64,000 bases of DNA from Candidatus Moranbacteria bacterium GW2011_GWE2_35_2- (GTDB lineage: Bacteria; Patescibacteriota; Minisyncoccia; Moranbacterales; UBA9337), in contig LBQD01000002.1 in the NCBI GenBank assembly GCA_000990585.1, positions 120,016 to 184,015 of the forward strand, given 5' to 3'. Positions within the stretch are counted from its first letter, which is position 1. Each line of letters opens with the position of its first letter. Below, piece by piece: positions 49,815 through 59,915 of the stretch. Under the pieces are notes generated by a model, which was not told the DNA's origin, searched no databases, and was given only the letters and a program-made list of their open reading frames with translations. Both the position numbers and the translations under genes were made by a program.

Positions 49815-51405
49815 ATTTTATTTGATTAAAATCCATTTGCTCCATATCTGTATTTTGCATATCTTCAAAGGAATCTTCTTCGAAAGAATAAAGAGGGATT
49901 AAGTCAGTTCCTAACATTAAGAGAAAATCGTAATTTTCAATTTTCTCATCTTTTATTATAGCATTTTTATTGTCAGTTATGATAGCCGGAAGTTTTCCTG
50001 CAATTTCATCAAGACTAAATGGTTTTAATCTTTCAGTATTATCAAAAATTAGAGTGGAGGAAAGTTTTTGATTTGTGGAGTTTTTGATAATGGAAATTTT
50101 ATCAAAAGATAATTTGTCTTGCAATAGGCCGACTATTTTATTGGTTAACTCTGAGTCATCAGTAGTATTAATTATGGCTAGGGTCGTTTTTTCTTTTTCG
50201 ATTTCTTCTTTTTTTCTCGCAATGAAATTCAAATCGAAAATATTGTGTGCCAATTCTTGTATTTCGCTATAATTTCCAACTCGCGGGACTAAGATAAATG
50301 CTCGGATATTTCCAATAAATATGTGGGAAACTTTCAATAGACTTTCTTTTTTCCATGCATCTATAACTGCAGTGGAAATATTTTGAGTATCTAATCGTCG
50401 ACTAAGAGAGATAAAGCTTCTTATTTCATCTATGCGAATATCAGTTTTTATGTGTTCTCCTAATGTGTTGAGAAGATTGTTTAGTGCAATGAAATTGAAA
50501 AGTGTTTTTAGGGAAAAAACTTTATTTTTGGCGGCTTGAATAACCTGTTGTTGGCGTTTGGCGCGTCCAAAATCTCCTTCGGGATCATTGTGCCGTTGTC
50601 GGGCATATTTGAGTGCGGTAGAACCATCCATTTTATGAAGACCTTTTTTTATTTCAAATGTTTCATAGCTGTAGTTTGGACCGGGATAACGTGAATCATA
50701 AATATCTCTTTCAACATTAACATTAATTCCTCCGAGATTATCAATTATTTTTTCAAAACCTTCGAAATCAATAACCATAAAATAATGAATATCCAGTCCG
50801 GTAATATTATTAACAGCTTCTTTTATGGGAGTTATTCCTTGATTTTCGTCCAGTCCGTATTGGTAGATAGAATTTATCTTAGTATAATTTTTTGTTTCCG
50901 GAATGTTGGTATATAGATCACGCGGCAGAGAGAGCATTCCAATTTTTTTAGTAACGGTATTAATACTCATTATTATTATGGTATCAGTCAGATTTTTCCC
51001 CGGCTTGTTTTCTCCTGCAATTCCCAACATTAATATGTTTATTCTCCCATCCTTTTCTCCCCTTAGTTCTGTTTCAGTCGTGATTGAGCCGGAAAGATCT
51101 GAGGAATAATTTTCTTTATTCTTATCCGAATTTAATATTATTTTTTCTCCCACATAATTTATTTTCCATAAAAAATAAGAAAACAATGAGATGATTAAGA
51201 GGATAAGAAAGAAAGTAAAAAGTAAAAACTTTCTCCTGAAACCCGAATTTTTTTTTGTGTCAAAATCATTGTTGTAGTTATGCAATTGAATCTTCCGAGG
51301 GGAAGGAATATTAGAATAGTAAAAAACATCATCGCGTATTTTTTCAATAGCATCAATGCTTCCGGATGTTTTTTTGCGGATGTTTTTTTTTCTGATTATG
51401 TCCAT
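49807..51405 (-). CDS. LCP (LytR-CpsA-Psr) family protein
   Basis: TDTII, SLPRDLY, KINS.Y, GDFGRAKRQQ. Confidence 0.92.
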   Translation of the reverse strand: MDIIRKKNIRKKTSGSIDAIEKIRDDVFYYSNIPSPRKIQLHNYNNDFDTKKNSGFRRKFLLFTFFLILLIISLFSYFLWKINYVGEKIILNSDKNKENYSSDLSGSITTETELRGEKDGRINILMLGIAGENKPGKNLTDTIIIMSINTVTKKIGMLSLPRDLYTNIPETKNYTKINSIYQYGLDENQGITPIKEAVNNITGLDIHYFMVIDFEGFEKIIDNLGGINVNVERDIYDSRYPGPNYSYETFEIKKGLHKMDGSTALKYARQRHNDPEGDFGRAKRQQQVIQAAKNKVFSLKTLFNFIALNNLLNTLGEHIKTDIRIDEIRSFISLSRRLDTQNISTAVIDAWKKESLLKVSHIFIGNIRAFILVPRVGNYSEIQELAHNIFDLNFIARKKEEIEKEKTTLAIINTTDDSELTNKIVGLLQDKLSFDKISIIKNSTNQKLSSTLIFDNTERLKPFSLDEIAGKLPAIITDNKNAIIKDEKIENYDFLLMLGTDLIPLYSFEEDSFEDMQNTDMEQMDFNQIKYE

Positions 51406-51566
51406 AAATTGTACGTTTATCCTAATGGTAGCTCAATTATTGATTTGATGTCAAAAAATAAAATTTATTAATGGTTTTTTATTATAAATCATTAGTTGAA
51501 CATTTGTATGAAAATGCAAGCCACATCATCATTATGCGTGAATTTTTTGGGATTTTTTAGAAAATA

Positions 51567-51595
51567 TTGACTTTTGTTTAAAAAGGGTGTATAAT
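51567..51595 (+). promoter_or_regulatory. Sigma70 promoter of small ORF
   Basis: TTGACT-17-TATAAT. Confidence 0.7.
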
Positions 51596-51673
51596 AGTAA
51601 TGTTAAGTGGTAATATTTTGAAAAATTAAGCTAATATTCCAATAATTTAATTCAATAATCAGAGGGTAAAAAA

Positions 51674-51820
51674 ATGGAAACAAAAAATATTAAAAAATGC
51701 GTTCATTGCGAAAATAGAGCAAAAGAAGACAGCGGGCAGGAGGAAATTAATTTTGCCGTTTTATTGGCGTTGGTTCCTCTTATGACATTGACACTTTTCA
51801 GTCAACTCAATTTGCTTTAA
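51674..51820 (+). CDS. 48-aa small protein with CxxC and C-terminal TM (not in ORF track)
   Basis: METKNIKKCVHCENRAKEDSGQEEINFAVLLALVPLMTLTLFSQLNLL; GAGGG upstream, own promoter and terminator. Confidence 0.65.
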   Translation: METKNIKKCVHCENRAKEDSGQEEINFAVLLALVPLMTLTLFSQLNLL

Positions 51821-51850
51821 TAAAATTGAATCAGTAGAGATATTCCTTTT

Positions 51851-51886
51851 AAATCCGCCTTCTTTCCAGAAGGCGGATTTGATTTT
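51851..51886 (+). terminator. Intrinsic terminator
   Basis: AAATCCGCCTTCT TTCC AGAAGGCGGATTT GATTTTT. Confidence 0.75.
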
Positions 51887-51956
51887 TCCAAAAAAAGGAA
51901 AAAATGTGTTATTATATATAAGATAAATGCAGATTATAAAAAACAAAAAATAAATT

Positions 51957-52865
51957 ATGAATTGGATATTTTTTTCCGTAGCGGCATATTTTCTTTTGGC
52001 TGTTTCTTTTGTTATTGATAAGGTTTTATTAAAACAAAGAATTCCCCATCCGGCGGTTTATGCATTTTATGTGGCACTTTTGAGCTTGCTGGCGTTGTTG
52101 CTGGCTCCATGGGGAATGCATTGGTTGGGGGGCGGGTTGCTCGCGATTTCTTTTTTAGGCGGAATTTTTTTTGTTTATGCATTACTCTTTTTTTACCAAG
52201 CGGTGAAGGAAAATGAAATTTCTCGAGTAGCTCCTTTGATCGGATCTATTACTCCGGTAGCAACTTTGCTGGTGGGATTATTATTTGATCAAAGATTTTC
52301 CACTTTTACTTTTACAGGAATAGGGTTGCTGGTGGCAGGAGGCTTTTTTATTTCTTTTGATTTGCCAATTAGATCGCTCAAAATTTTCCGAGGATTTTTA
52401 AGTTCAATTACTAGCGGAATTTTTTTCGCGCTCGCATATCTTGCATTTGAATATGTATATAGAATCGAAGGATTTTTGAATGGATTTATATGGACAAGGT
52501 TAGGACTTTTTGTCGGTGCGTTAAGTTTGTTATTTGTTCCTGTTTTTAGAAAAAATATCATAAATTCTTTTAAGGGAGCCAAGAAGAAAAAAAGAAAAAA
52601 TATCTCAACCGTTTTTGTTTTTGTTCTTAATAAAATTTTTGGAGGAGGTTCTTCTGTTTTGATAAACTTTGCGATTTCCATTAGTAGCGCTTCAGTGGTT
52701 AATGCGCTTGGAAGTGTGCAATTTGTTTTTGTTTTAGGTTTAGCGGCTTTGGCATCTTTAAAATATAGCCATATTTTTGAAGAAAAATTGTATTTTTGGG
52801 ATTGGGCGCAGAAAATTGCGGCAATCGGAATAATTGCCATAGGTATGTTTCTTGTTTCATTTTGA
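51957..52865 (+). CDS. EamA/DMT family transporter
   Basis: Ten TM helices, two EamA-like halves. Confidence 0.8.
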   Translation: MNWIFFSVAAYFLLAVSFVIDKVLLKQRIPHPAVYAFYVALLSLLALLLAPWGMHWLGGGLLAISFLGGIFFVYALLFFYQAVKENEISRVAPLIGSITPVATLLVGLLFDQRFSTFTFTGIGLLVAGGFFISFDLPIRSLKIFRGFLSSITSGIFFALAYLAFEYVYRIEGFLNGFIWTRLGLFVGALSLLFVPVFRKNIINSFKGAKKKKRKNISTVFVFVLNKIFGGGSSVLINFAISISSASVVNALGSVQFVFVLGLAALASLKYSHIFEEKLYFWDWAQKIAAIGIIAIGMFLVSF

Positions 52866-52922
52866 TTTATTCAAGTTTTTTATTTAAAAAAAAGAGTTGT
52901 AATTAAGGATATTTATTGAAAT

Positions 52923-53954
52923 ATGTTTGAAAAAATGATAAAATTTTTTGCAGTTTTTGTGCTTGGTTTTCTTTGGTTGGCTGTTTTATTGTTGGCGTAT
53001 TTTAATTTTCCCGTAAAAAAAACAAATAACCCGATTGAACTGGGAATTACCTTTTCTAGTCGGTATTCGCAGGATATCGGATTGAATTGGAAAGAAAATT
53101 ACGTGGCATTATTGGATGATTTAAGAGTTAAAAAAATTCGCATTCCAATATATTGGGATTTGGTGGAAAAAGAAAAGGATGTGTATGATTTTTCTGATAT
53201 CGATTGGCAGCTTGATGAAGCGGAAAAAAGAAATGCGGAGATAATTCTGGTTGTCGGACAAAAAGTTCCTCGTTGGCCGGAATGTTTTATTCCAAAGTGG
53301 ATAGGTGTTAATAATGAAGAATTGAGAAAAAATGAGTTATTAAAGAATGAAGAAATATTGCAGTTTATAAAAGATGCGGTAGTACGGTACAAGGAGCATC
53401 CCGCGATCAAGTATTGGCAAGTGGAGAATGAACCGTTTTTAGCTTTTGGTGATTGTCCGACTCCGACAATTAACGCGAATATTCTTGATCGGGAAATTGA
53501 AATAATCAGACGTCTTGATCCTGATAAAAAAATAATCATTACTGACAGCGGTGAGTTGAGTACTTGGATGTCGGCGGCCGCGAGGGCGGATATTTTTGGG
53601 ACTACAATGTATCGAAATATATATAGGCAAGGTTGGGGATATTATGTTTATCCTTTAGGACCAAGGTTTTTTCAATTTAAACGCTGGATAATTGATAGGT
53701 TTGTCGGACAAAAAAATGCAATAGTTATAGAACTTCAAGGTGAGCCGTGGGTTTCAGGATGGACGGTACACCGTAGTTTGGAGGAGCAATTTGCATCAAT
53801 GAATGAAAGAAAACTGCGTCAGATCGTTGAATATGCTGGAGATGGAGGATTTTCCGAAGTATATCTTTGGGGAGCGGAGTGGTGGTATTGGCTCAAGGAA
53901 AAGCAAGATCATCCGGAAGTCTGGGAGGAAGCGCGAAGTTTGATTAATATGTAG
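52923..53954 (+). CDS. Clan GH-A glycoside hydrolase (GH5/GH42-like)
   Basis: RIPIYWD..E....YDFS..DW, WQVENEP, IELQGEPW. Confidence 0.8.
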   Translation: MFEKMIKFFAVFVLGFLWLAVLLLAYFNFPVKKTNNPIELGITFSSRYSQDIGLNWKENYVALLDDLRVKKIRIPIYWDLVEKEKDVYDFSDIDWQLDEAEKRNAEIILVVGQKVPRWPECFIPKWIGVNNEELRKNELLKNEEILQFIKDAVVRYKEHPAIKYWQVENEPFLAFGDCPTPTINANILDREIEIIRRLDPDKKIIITDSGELSTWMSAAARADIFGTTMYRNIYRQGWGYYVYPLGPRFFQFKRWIIDRFVGQKNAIVIELQGEPWVSGWTVHRSLEEQFASMNERKLRQIVEYAGDGGFSEVYLWGAEWWYWLKEKQDHPEVWEEARSLINM

Positions 53955-53994
53955 CTAAAGTATAGAGTATTGTGTTTATGTGTTTTGCAAAATT

Positions 53995-55137
53995 ATGCCA
54001 ACAAGAAAAATCAAAAAACATCATATAAGCCTAACTATGGCACTGGTAGTTTTCTTTTTTGGAGTAGCCGGAAGTTTTTTGAGCGTGCAGGCGTATCCGG
54101 AAATTTTTACAACGACGGCTTCTTTGGAAAGATCGGGAGATTTGCGTCAAGACGAGGAAGTTATTGTTCATTTTTCCGATTCGATGATCGCCGGAAAAAT
54201 GAATGAAAAAATTAGAATAATTCCTAGTGTCGAAGCAGATTTTATTTGGAGCGGTGCTGGAAAAAAACTTACTATAAAACCTCGGTCTGTTTGGGATGCC
54301 GGAAAAAACTATCAAATAACCATCAATGGCGGTGAAAATATAATGATGGTAAAAAATGATTTTAATTTTAATTTTGACGTAATTGGGTATCCGGTGTTGG
54401 AGAGTTTTTATCCGGCAGATAAGCAAAAAGAGGTTATTGTTGATATTGAGGATCCTATTCTGGCGGTTTTTGACAGAACATTAGTTGATTATCAGATTAA
54501 ATTTGAAATAAATCCTCCTGAAGCGATTTCTTATGACATAGACTCTTCTGAAAAGCGAGTTAAATTAGTATTTAAGGATAATTATAAAAAAGGACAATTA
54601 TACAAAGTAGATGTATATATTAAGCATAAAAATGAAACGAAATTTTCAAAAAAAATTTATGAAACATCCTTTGAGACATTGCCTCCTGTTCCAGCGCAGT
54701 GGAGTGATGATTTGTCTTTGCGCTTAATACAGGCAAAAAAATATGCAGTTGCTCAAATAAAGGAAGGAAAGCTGATTGATATAAATTTAAAAAATCAAGT
54801 GATGACTATTTTTGAAAACGGGATTTTCGTAGATGCTTTTTTGATTTCATCCGGAAAAAAAGGGATGGATACACCAGAAGGATCATATCAAATTCGCAAT
54901 AAACATCCTCGTCCGTGGTCGAAAACATATGGATTATATATGCCATATTGGATGGCAATTGTTCCGAGTGGAAAATTTGGAATTCATGAGCTTCCGGAAT
55001 GGCCAGGAGGATATAAAGAAGGCGCAAACCATCTTGGAATTCCTGTTTCCCATGGTTGTGTGAGATTAGGTGTTGGTTCAGCGGAAAAAGTTTATAATTG
55101 GGCGGAAATTGGTACGCCGGTTATTGTACATAAATGA
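53995..55137 (+). CDS. L,D-transpeptidase (YkuD) with Ig-like domains
   Basis: GIH....G..SHGCVRL catalytic motif. Confidence 0.9.
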   Translation: MPTRKIKKHHISLTMALVVFFFGVAGSFLSVQAYPEIFTTTASLERSGDLRQDEEVIVHFSDSMIAGKMNEKIRIIPSVEADFIWSGAGKKLTIKPRSVWDAGKNYQITINGGENIMMVKNDFNFNFDVIGYPVLESFYPADKQKEVIVDIEDPILAVFDRTLVDYQIKFEINPPEAISYDIDSSEKRVKLVFKDNYKKGQLYKVDVYIKHKNETKFSKKIYETSFETLPPVPAQWSDDLSLRLIQAKKYAVAQIKEGKLIDINLKNQVMTIFENGIFVDAFLISSGKKGMDTPEGSYQIRNKHPRPWSKTYGLYMPYWMAIVPSGKFGIHELPEWPGGYKEGANHLGIPVSHGCVRLGVGSAEKVYNWAEIGTPVIVHK

Positions 55138-55204
55138 GGATGTGTTAAAATTAAACTAGTTTGATAAATGAAAAAATAAAAATAGAAAGGATGGTGAAAA
55201 TTAA

Positions 55205-55405
55205 ATGAAAAATATGAAATCATTAAAAGAAACAGCTTTTTGGCTTTCTGTTGTGGCGGCTGTTTTAGGAGGAGTCGTTTCTATTTCCGGAATGGATCAA
55301 ATTTTGGGACTAGCCGGAACACAATGGGCGATGGTAGCGATTTTGTTGGCTGTATATGCTGTTTATTTTGAGCATGCTTCTTGTGGAATGGATAATAATG
55401 AATAA
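55205..55405 (+). CDS. Small two-TM membrane protein
   Basis: 66-aa ORF with upstream purine-rich RBS-like sequence. Confidence 0.6.
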   Translation: MKNMKSLKETAFWLSVVAAVLGGVVSISGMDQILGLAGTQWAMVAILLAVYAVYFEHASCGMDNNE

Positions 55406-55513
55406 GCTCGGCTTATTTCGTTAAAATCTGAAAAAATAAAAACCTTTGCAGTTTTTATTTGTAAAGGTTTTTGTTTTTAAAAAATATTCTGCAAATTATG
55501 ATATAATAAGTTT

Positions 55514-56206
55514 ATGGAAAAAAAGAGAATTGCAATTTTTGATATTGATGGAACGATTTTTCGAAAAAATCTTCATTTTGAATTGATAAATGAATTGGTT
55601 TGGATGAAAGTTTTTCCGCGTGAAGTTCGAGGTGATTTAACTCGTTTATATACGAGCTGGTTGGAACATAAAGGAACATATGAAGATTATCGCGTAGCGT
55701 TGGTGCGGCTTTATGAAAAACATATCGCGGGAAAGAAAAAAAAGGATGTGATTGAGGCGAGCAGAATCGTTGTTCCGTTTCATAAGAATCGAACGTATGT
55801 TTTTGTGGAAAAACTGATTGAAAAATTACGAAAAGATAATTTTTGCATAATTGCTATTTCCGGATCACCGCTTGAGATAGTGGAAGAGTTTAATTTGCAA
55901 CATCTCCGATTCGAAAAAGTTTTCGGGAGCACTTACAAAATTGATAAAAAAGAAATTTATACAGGCGCGGCGGAATTTGAGCCGACGAAAGACAAAGGGC
56001 AAGTTTTGCGACAGTATGTTTTTGAAAATAATCTTACGCTGGAAGGTTCGTTTGGAGTTGGAGATACTGAATCGGATGCTGGATTTTTGGATTTGGTTGA
56101 CAATCCGATTGCCTTTAATCCAAATTATAATTTGAAAAATATTGCCGAGGAAAAAGGGTGGCGAATCGTGGTAGAGAAAAAAGATGTAATTTATGAAATA
56201 CGTTAA
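55514..56206 (+). CDS. HAD-IB family phosphatase
   Basis: FDIDGT, ISGS, GDTESD. Confidence 0.9.
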   Translation: MEKKRIAIFDIDGTIFRKNLHFELINELVWMKVFPREVRGDLTRLYTSWLEHKGTYEDYRVALVRLYEKHIAGKKKKDVIEASRIVVPFHKNRTYVFVEKLIEKLRKDNFCIIAISGSPLEIVEEFNLQHLRFEKVFGSTYKIDKKEIYTGAAEFEPTKDKGQVLRQYVFENNLTLEGSFGVGDTESDAGFLDLVDNPIAFNPNYNLKNIAEEKGWRIVVEKKDVIYEIR

Positions 56207-56334
56207 TTAAACTATTTTTTAAAAAATTAGGACTTACGCTCTTGAAAAATATGCATCCGGTTTTTAGAAAAAACATTTTTTCGTAAAACCTAACGTTTTT
56301 TGTTTGAATGCGCAAGTCTTATAGATAAAAAATT

Positions 56335-56463
56335 ATGGCAACAAATACAAATCAAATTATTGATGATTTTTTAAAAAAGACACTTTGGGTGTGGCTTCCT
56401 TTTGTTGCATTGTATCGTTTAATGAAGGAACTGGTGGAAAAAATAGGAAAATTTTTAAAATAA
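56335..56463 (+). CDS. 42-aa small protein (not in ORF track)
   Basis: MATNTNQIIDDFLKKTLWVWLPFVALYRLMKELVEKIGKFLK ending right at terminator. Confidence 0.5.
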   Translation: MATNTNQIIDDFLKKTLWVWLPFVALYRLMKELVEKIGKFLK

Positions 56464-56494
56464 AAAATCCCGTCCCAATTGGGACGGGATTTTT
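56464..56494. terminator. Bidirectional intrinsic terminator
   Basis: AAAATCCCGTCCC AATT GGGACGGGATTTTT. Confidence 0.8.
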
Positions 56495-56509
56495 CTATTA
56501 CGTCAAAGT

Positions 56510-56857
56510 TTATTTTTTCAATTCAACAATGAAATTTTCAAATACTTTCGGATCTTCCATTGCCATTTGGGATAATACTTTTCTATCTAGAATATTTTTT
56601 TTGCTTACTTGAGCTTTGATTAATTCGCTGTATTTCATACCCAGTAGTCTGACGGCATTATTAAGGCGAATAATCCAAAGTCGGCGCATAGTCCTTTTCT
56701 TGGTACGCCTGTCTCGATAGGCGTATTTTCCAGCTTTCATTATAGCTTCTTTGGCGGCGCGAAAATTAGACTTTCTTCTCCAGCGAAAACCTTTTGTCAT
56801 TTTTAAAACATTTTTTCTTCTTTTGGAAGCGGCTACTCCTCTTTTTACTCTAGTCAT
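56510..56857 (-). CDS. rplT: 50S ribosomal protein L20
   Basis: MTRVKRG, YAYRDRR, LWIIRLN, DRKVLS. Confidence 0.97.
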   Translation of the reverse strand: MTRVKRGVAASKRRKNVLKMTKGFRWRRKSNFRAAKEAIMKAGKYAYRDRRTKKRTMRRLWIIRLNNAVRLLGMKYSELIKAQVSKKNILDRKVLSQMAMEDPKVFENFIVELKK

Positions 56858-56942
56858 ATATTAGCTTTTAGGGGGTTAGCTTTTTAGCTTTTTAGTTTGT
56901 GGGATTAAGAATATCTACAAACTGCAAGCTACAAGCTATAAT

Positions 56943-57134
56943 CTAATTAATTGCTTTTAAAATATTTTTTTCGTCGGTTTTAAACAGTCTTTGGTCGTTT
57001 CTTTTGTGGCGACGAAATTTTCCTGTTTCTTTGCTGTTTCCGTGGTTCTGTTTAGTATGTCGTTTGATGACTTTCTTGTTTTTGGTTATGCGAACTTTTT
57101 TAATAAGTGATTTGTTGGTTTTTTGTTTGGGCAT
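56943..57134 (-). CDS. rpmI: 50S ribosomal protein L35
   Basis: MPKQKTNKS, position between infC and rplT. Confidence 0.88.
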   Translation of the reverse strand: MPKQKTNKSLIKKVRITKNKKVIKRHTKQNHGNSKETGKFRRHKRNDQRLFKTDEKNILKAIN

Positions 57135-57229
57135 ATTTTTTAATAAAACATGGAACATATAATATGGAACATTGATAAAGAATATTATCTTTTCTTTTGT
57201 TACATGTTATATGCTATGTGTTGTGTGAT

Positions 57230-57772
57230 TTATTCTGGCGCGATTATTATATTAAACCCTCCTGGGAATCTTTTTACATCTTCTTCAATTTTGTGCGGAG
57301 TTTCGATGCTATTGGAAAAATCTTTCAAATTTCTTCTGGCTAAATCTTGATGCGCTTTTTCTCTTCCGCGAAGCCTTATTTCAATTTTTATCTTATTTCC
57401 TTTAGAGAGAAATTTTTCTGCTTGTTTTTTCTTGAATTCCAAATCGTGAGTGTCGGTTCTGATTCCAATGCGAATTCCTTTTGTTTCAGTTTTTTTCTGC
57501 GTTGATTGGGATTTGTTCTTTTTGGCTTGTGCGTATTGAAACTTTCCATAATCCATTATCTTGCATACAGGGGGTCGAGTATTAGGAGCCACTTCTACTA
57601 AATCTAATTCTCGTGAGCGAGCTAATTCTATAGCTTCAAAACTCGGCATTTCTCCAAGCTTAACTCCACTTTCATCAATAACAGAAACGCGAGGAATGCG
57701 AATGCGTTCGTTTACTCGGTAGCGCGGTTGTTGAAATTGTTGAGGTTTTCTAGGTTTAAATCTTCTTCGCAT
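57230..57772 (-). CDS. infC: Translation initiation factor IF-3
   Basis: NERIR, LDLVEVAP..PPVCKIMDYGK, RGRE. Confidence 0.96.
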   Translation of the reverse strand: MRRRFKPRKPQQFQQPRYRVNERIRIPRVSVIDESGVKLGEMPSFEAIELARSRELDLVEVAPNTRPPVCKIMDYGKFQYAQAKKNKSQSTQKKTETKGIRIGIRTDTHDLEFKKKQAEKFLSKGNKIKIEIRLRGREKAHQDLARRNLKDFSNSIETPHKIEEDVKRFPGGFNIIIAPE

Positions 57773-57866
57773 TTTTTAGCTTTTTAGAAATTAGCTTTTT
57801 AGCTTTTTAGCTTATAGATCTGAAAGCCTAAAAAGCCACAGCCTATAATCTAATTGCTAATTTACG

Positions 57867-58262
57867 TGGAGCTGATGGGAATTGAACCCATGTCCAAATT
57901 GAAATTAAAAAATATTCTACAAGTTTAGTTTGTTTATTTAGTACGGATTATTGACTGAAAAACAGACAAAACATCAATAATACGTTCTTGGAATATTTTA
58001 TCGGAAACAATCAAGAATAATTGTGTCCGACTATCTCAATGGTTGGCACCAAGATCTGTTTATTGAGAATCAACAGCTTGATGGCTACCGGCCTGTATTA
58101 GGCAATAGCTGAAGCAAAAGCGAAGTTTCTTGCGAAAGTTGCCTTTACTTTTGATATAAAGTTTGCACTTAGATATCTTTCATAAACATTTTTTCGACTT
58201 GTATTATGAATGGTCGACTTGCGTATTTTTTAAGGTGCAATCTGTCGAAGCTAAGCAGCCCC
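57867..58262 (-). ncRNA. ssrA: tmRNA
   Basis: 5' GGGGCTG...TTCGAC, 3' GGACATGGGTTCAATTCCCATCAGCTCCA; tag ORF 58166-58098; adjacent to smpB. Confidence 0.93.
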
Positions 58263-58364
58263 ATTTTTTTGGAATTTTTAATTTCCAATTTTTAATTTTT
58301 AAACAATTTCTAATGAATAAATTTGTTAAACATTAAAATATGATATTTGTTTTAAAACTAAAAA

Positions 58365-58811
58365 CTAAAAACTTTTTAACGCTTTTTGCGCTCTTCTTTT
58401 TGAATCTCTTTTTTTGATGTTTTCCCGTTTATCGAACTTCTTTTTCCCACGAGCCAGAGCGAACTGGAGTTTAATCAGTCTTTTCCTAGTATAGACTTGA
58501 ATTGGCACTAATGTCAAGCCTTCGGTGCGGACTTTTCCGATTAATTTTCTTATTTCTGATTTTTTGACCAGCAGTTTTCGTGCTTGGTCGGGAATGTAGT
58601 TTTTCAATTGTCCAGCAAAGGGATAGGGAGGAATGAAGGCATTAGTCAAAAAAAGCTCTTCTCCTTTAATAGTAACAAAGCTTCCTTTTAGACTAAGATG
58701 TCCGGTTTTGATGGATTTTACCTCTTGACCGCTCAAAATCAAGCCCGCTTCATATTTTTCAATAAGGGTGTAATCAAAGCCAGCTCTTTTATTGTATGCC
58801 AGTGCTTTCAT
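58365..58811 (-). CDS. smpB: SsrA-binding protein
   Basis: NKRA.FDY, EAGL.L.G.EVKS, RKLL, GKK.FDKR. Confidence 0.97.
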   Translation of the reverse strand: MKALAYNKRAGFDYTLIEKYEAGLILSGQEVKSIKTGHLSLKGSFVTIKGEELFLTNAFIPPYPFAGQLKNYIPDQARKLLVKKSEIRKLIGKVRTEGLTLVPIQVYTRKRLIKLQFALARGKKKFDKRENIKKRDSKRRAQKALKSF

Positions 58812-58934
58812 AAATGCATATTGTGGAGGTTATCCACAGTTTTAATTATAGTAGATTATTGCAATATATTTTAATTATTATATAATTAAAATGTTATGTA
58901 GTCAATTCTTGCGAGTGTTAAAATAAATATAAAA

Positions 58935-59879
58935 ATGTTTATCAAAAAAAATAAAAAAATATTATTATTCCTTGTTGTATTTTGCGCAACTTTTATGTTA
59001 GGCGCTTTTTTGAAAGCAAATGCAGCGTTGGTAACCGGTTATCTTTGGGGTGGAACTGAACAAGTCTCAGATGGAGCAATAAATGGGAATGAGACCGGAG
59101 TGGGGTGGATTGATTTGAGCGATAAAGTAGATGTTCCTTCTTCCGATGGAAACGTTTCCGGTTATGGCTGGAGTGAAAACATCGGTTGGGTGGATTTTAA
59201 TCCGGCAGGACCATATCCGGAAGCTCCGAATAATAGTGTTAGACGAGTTGGAAATAATTTGGTTGGTTGGGCGAGAATTGTGAGTATTGCAACGGCGAGA
59301 GCAGCGGGAAATTCCGGGGGATGGCTTGGATGGGTAAAAATGCACAACGTGTCCATTGATAGCGCAACCGGACAGATGTCGGGATATGCATGGTCTGATG
59401 AATTAGGTTGGATTGATTTTGCAAATGCAAAAATAGAGGCAAGTAAGATTCTTAATATTATTGTTTCAGCTAGTCCGAGTGCTTGTATCTCGTGCTCTTC
59501 TTTGGATTTTGATCTTGAAGCTGTTAGGGAAGATACATCCACAACTCTTGGTAATATTATTTATGAGTTTGATTGCGATGGAGATGGAACTTATGAAGGA
59601 ACATATAATACTATCAATAGTAGTCAGTCGCACGGTTGTACTGTGGTATCTTCCGTAACGGCACAAGTCAGAGTAACGCAAGATGGCATAACTCAAACCG
59701 GATCAGCGGCTATTTCCATCACTGCTCCAAGTTGCGGAGATGGGATTCTTGGTGTCGGAGAGGAATGTGATGACGGAGCGGCGAATAATGGTGTATGCCC
59801 GGCTAGTTGTAGCGCAAGTTGTACAAGTAATGTTTGTTCGGATAACTCTAACTATAACTGGATAGAAGTAGCCCCTTAA
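58935..59879 (+). CDS. Secreted protein with G(Y/W)AWS repeats, PKD-like and Cys-rich domains
   Basis: GYGWSENIGW, GYAWSDELGW, CGDG....EECDDG. Confidence 0.75.
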   Translation: MFIKKNKKILLFLVVFCATFMLGAFLKANAALVTGYLWGGTEQVSDGAINGNETGVGWIDLSDKVDVPSSDGNVSGYGWSENIGWVDFNPAGPYPEAPNNSVRRVGNNLVGWARIVSIATARAAGNSGGWLGWVKMHNVSIDSATGQMSGYAWSDELGWIDFANAKIEASKILNIIVSASPSACISCSSLDFDLEAVREDTSTTLGNIIYEFDCDGDGTYEGTYNTINSSQSHGCTVVSSVTAQVRVTQDGITQTGSAAISITAPSCGDGILGVGEECDDGAANNGVCPASCSASCTSNVCSDNSNYNWIEVAP

Positions 59880-59915
59880 AAATAATAGGTGTAATAATTT
59901 AATTTAGAATAACCG

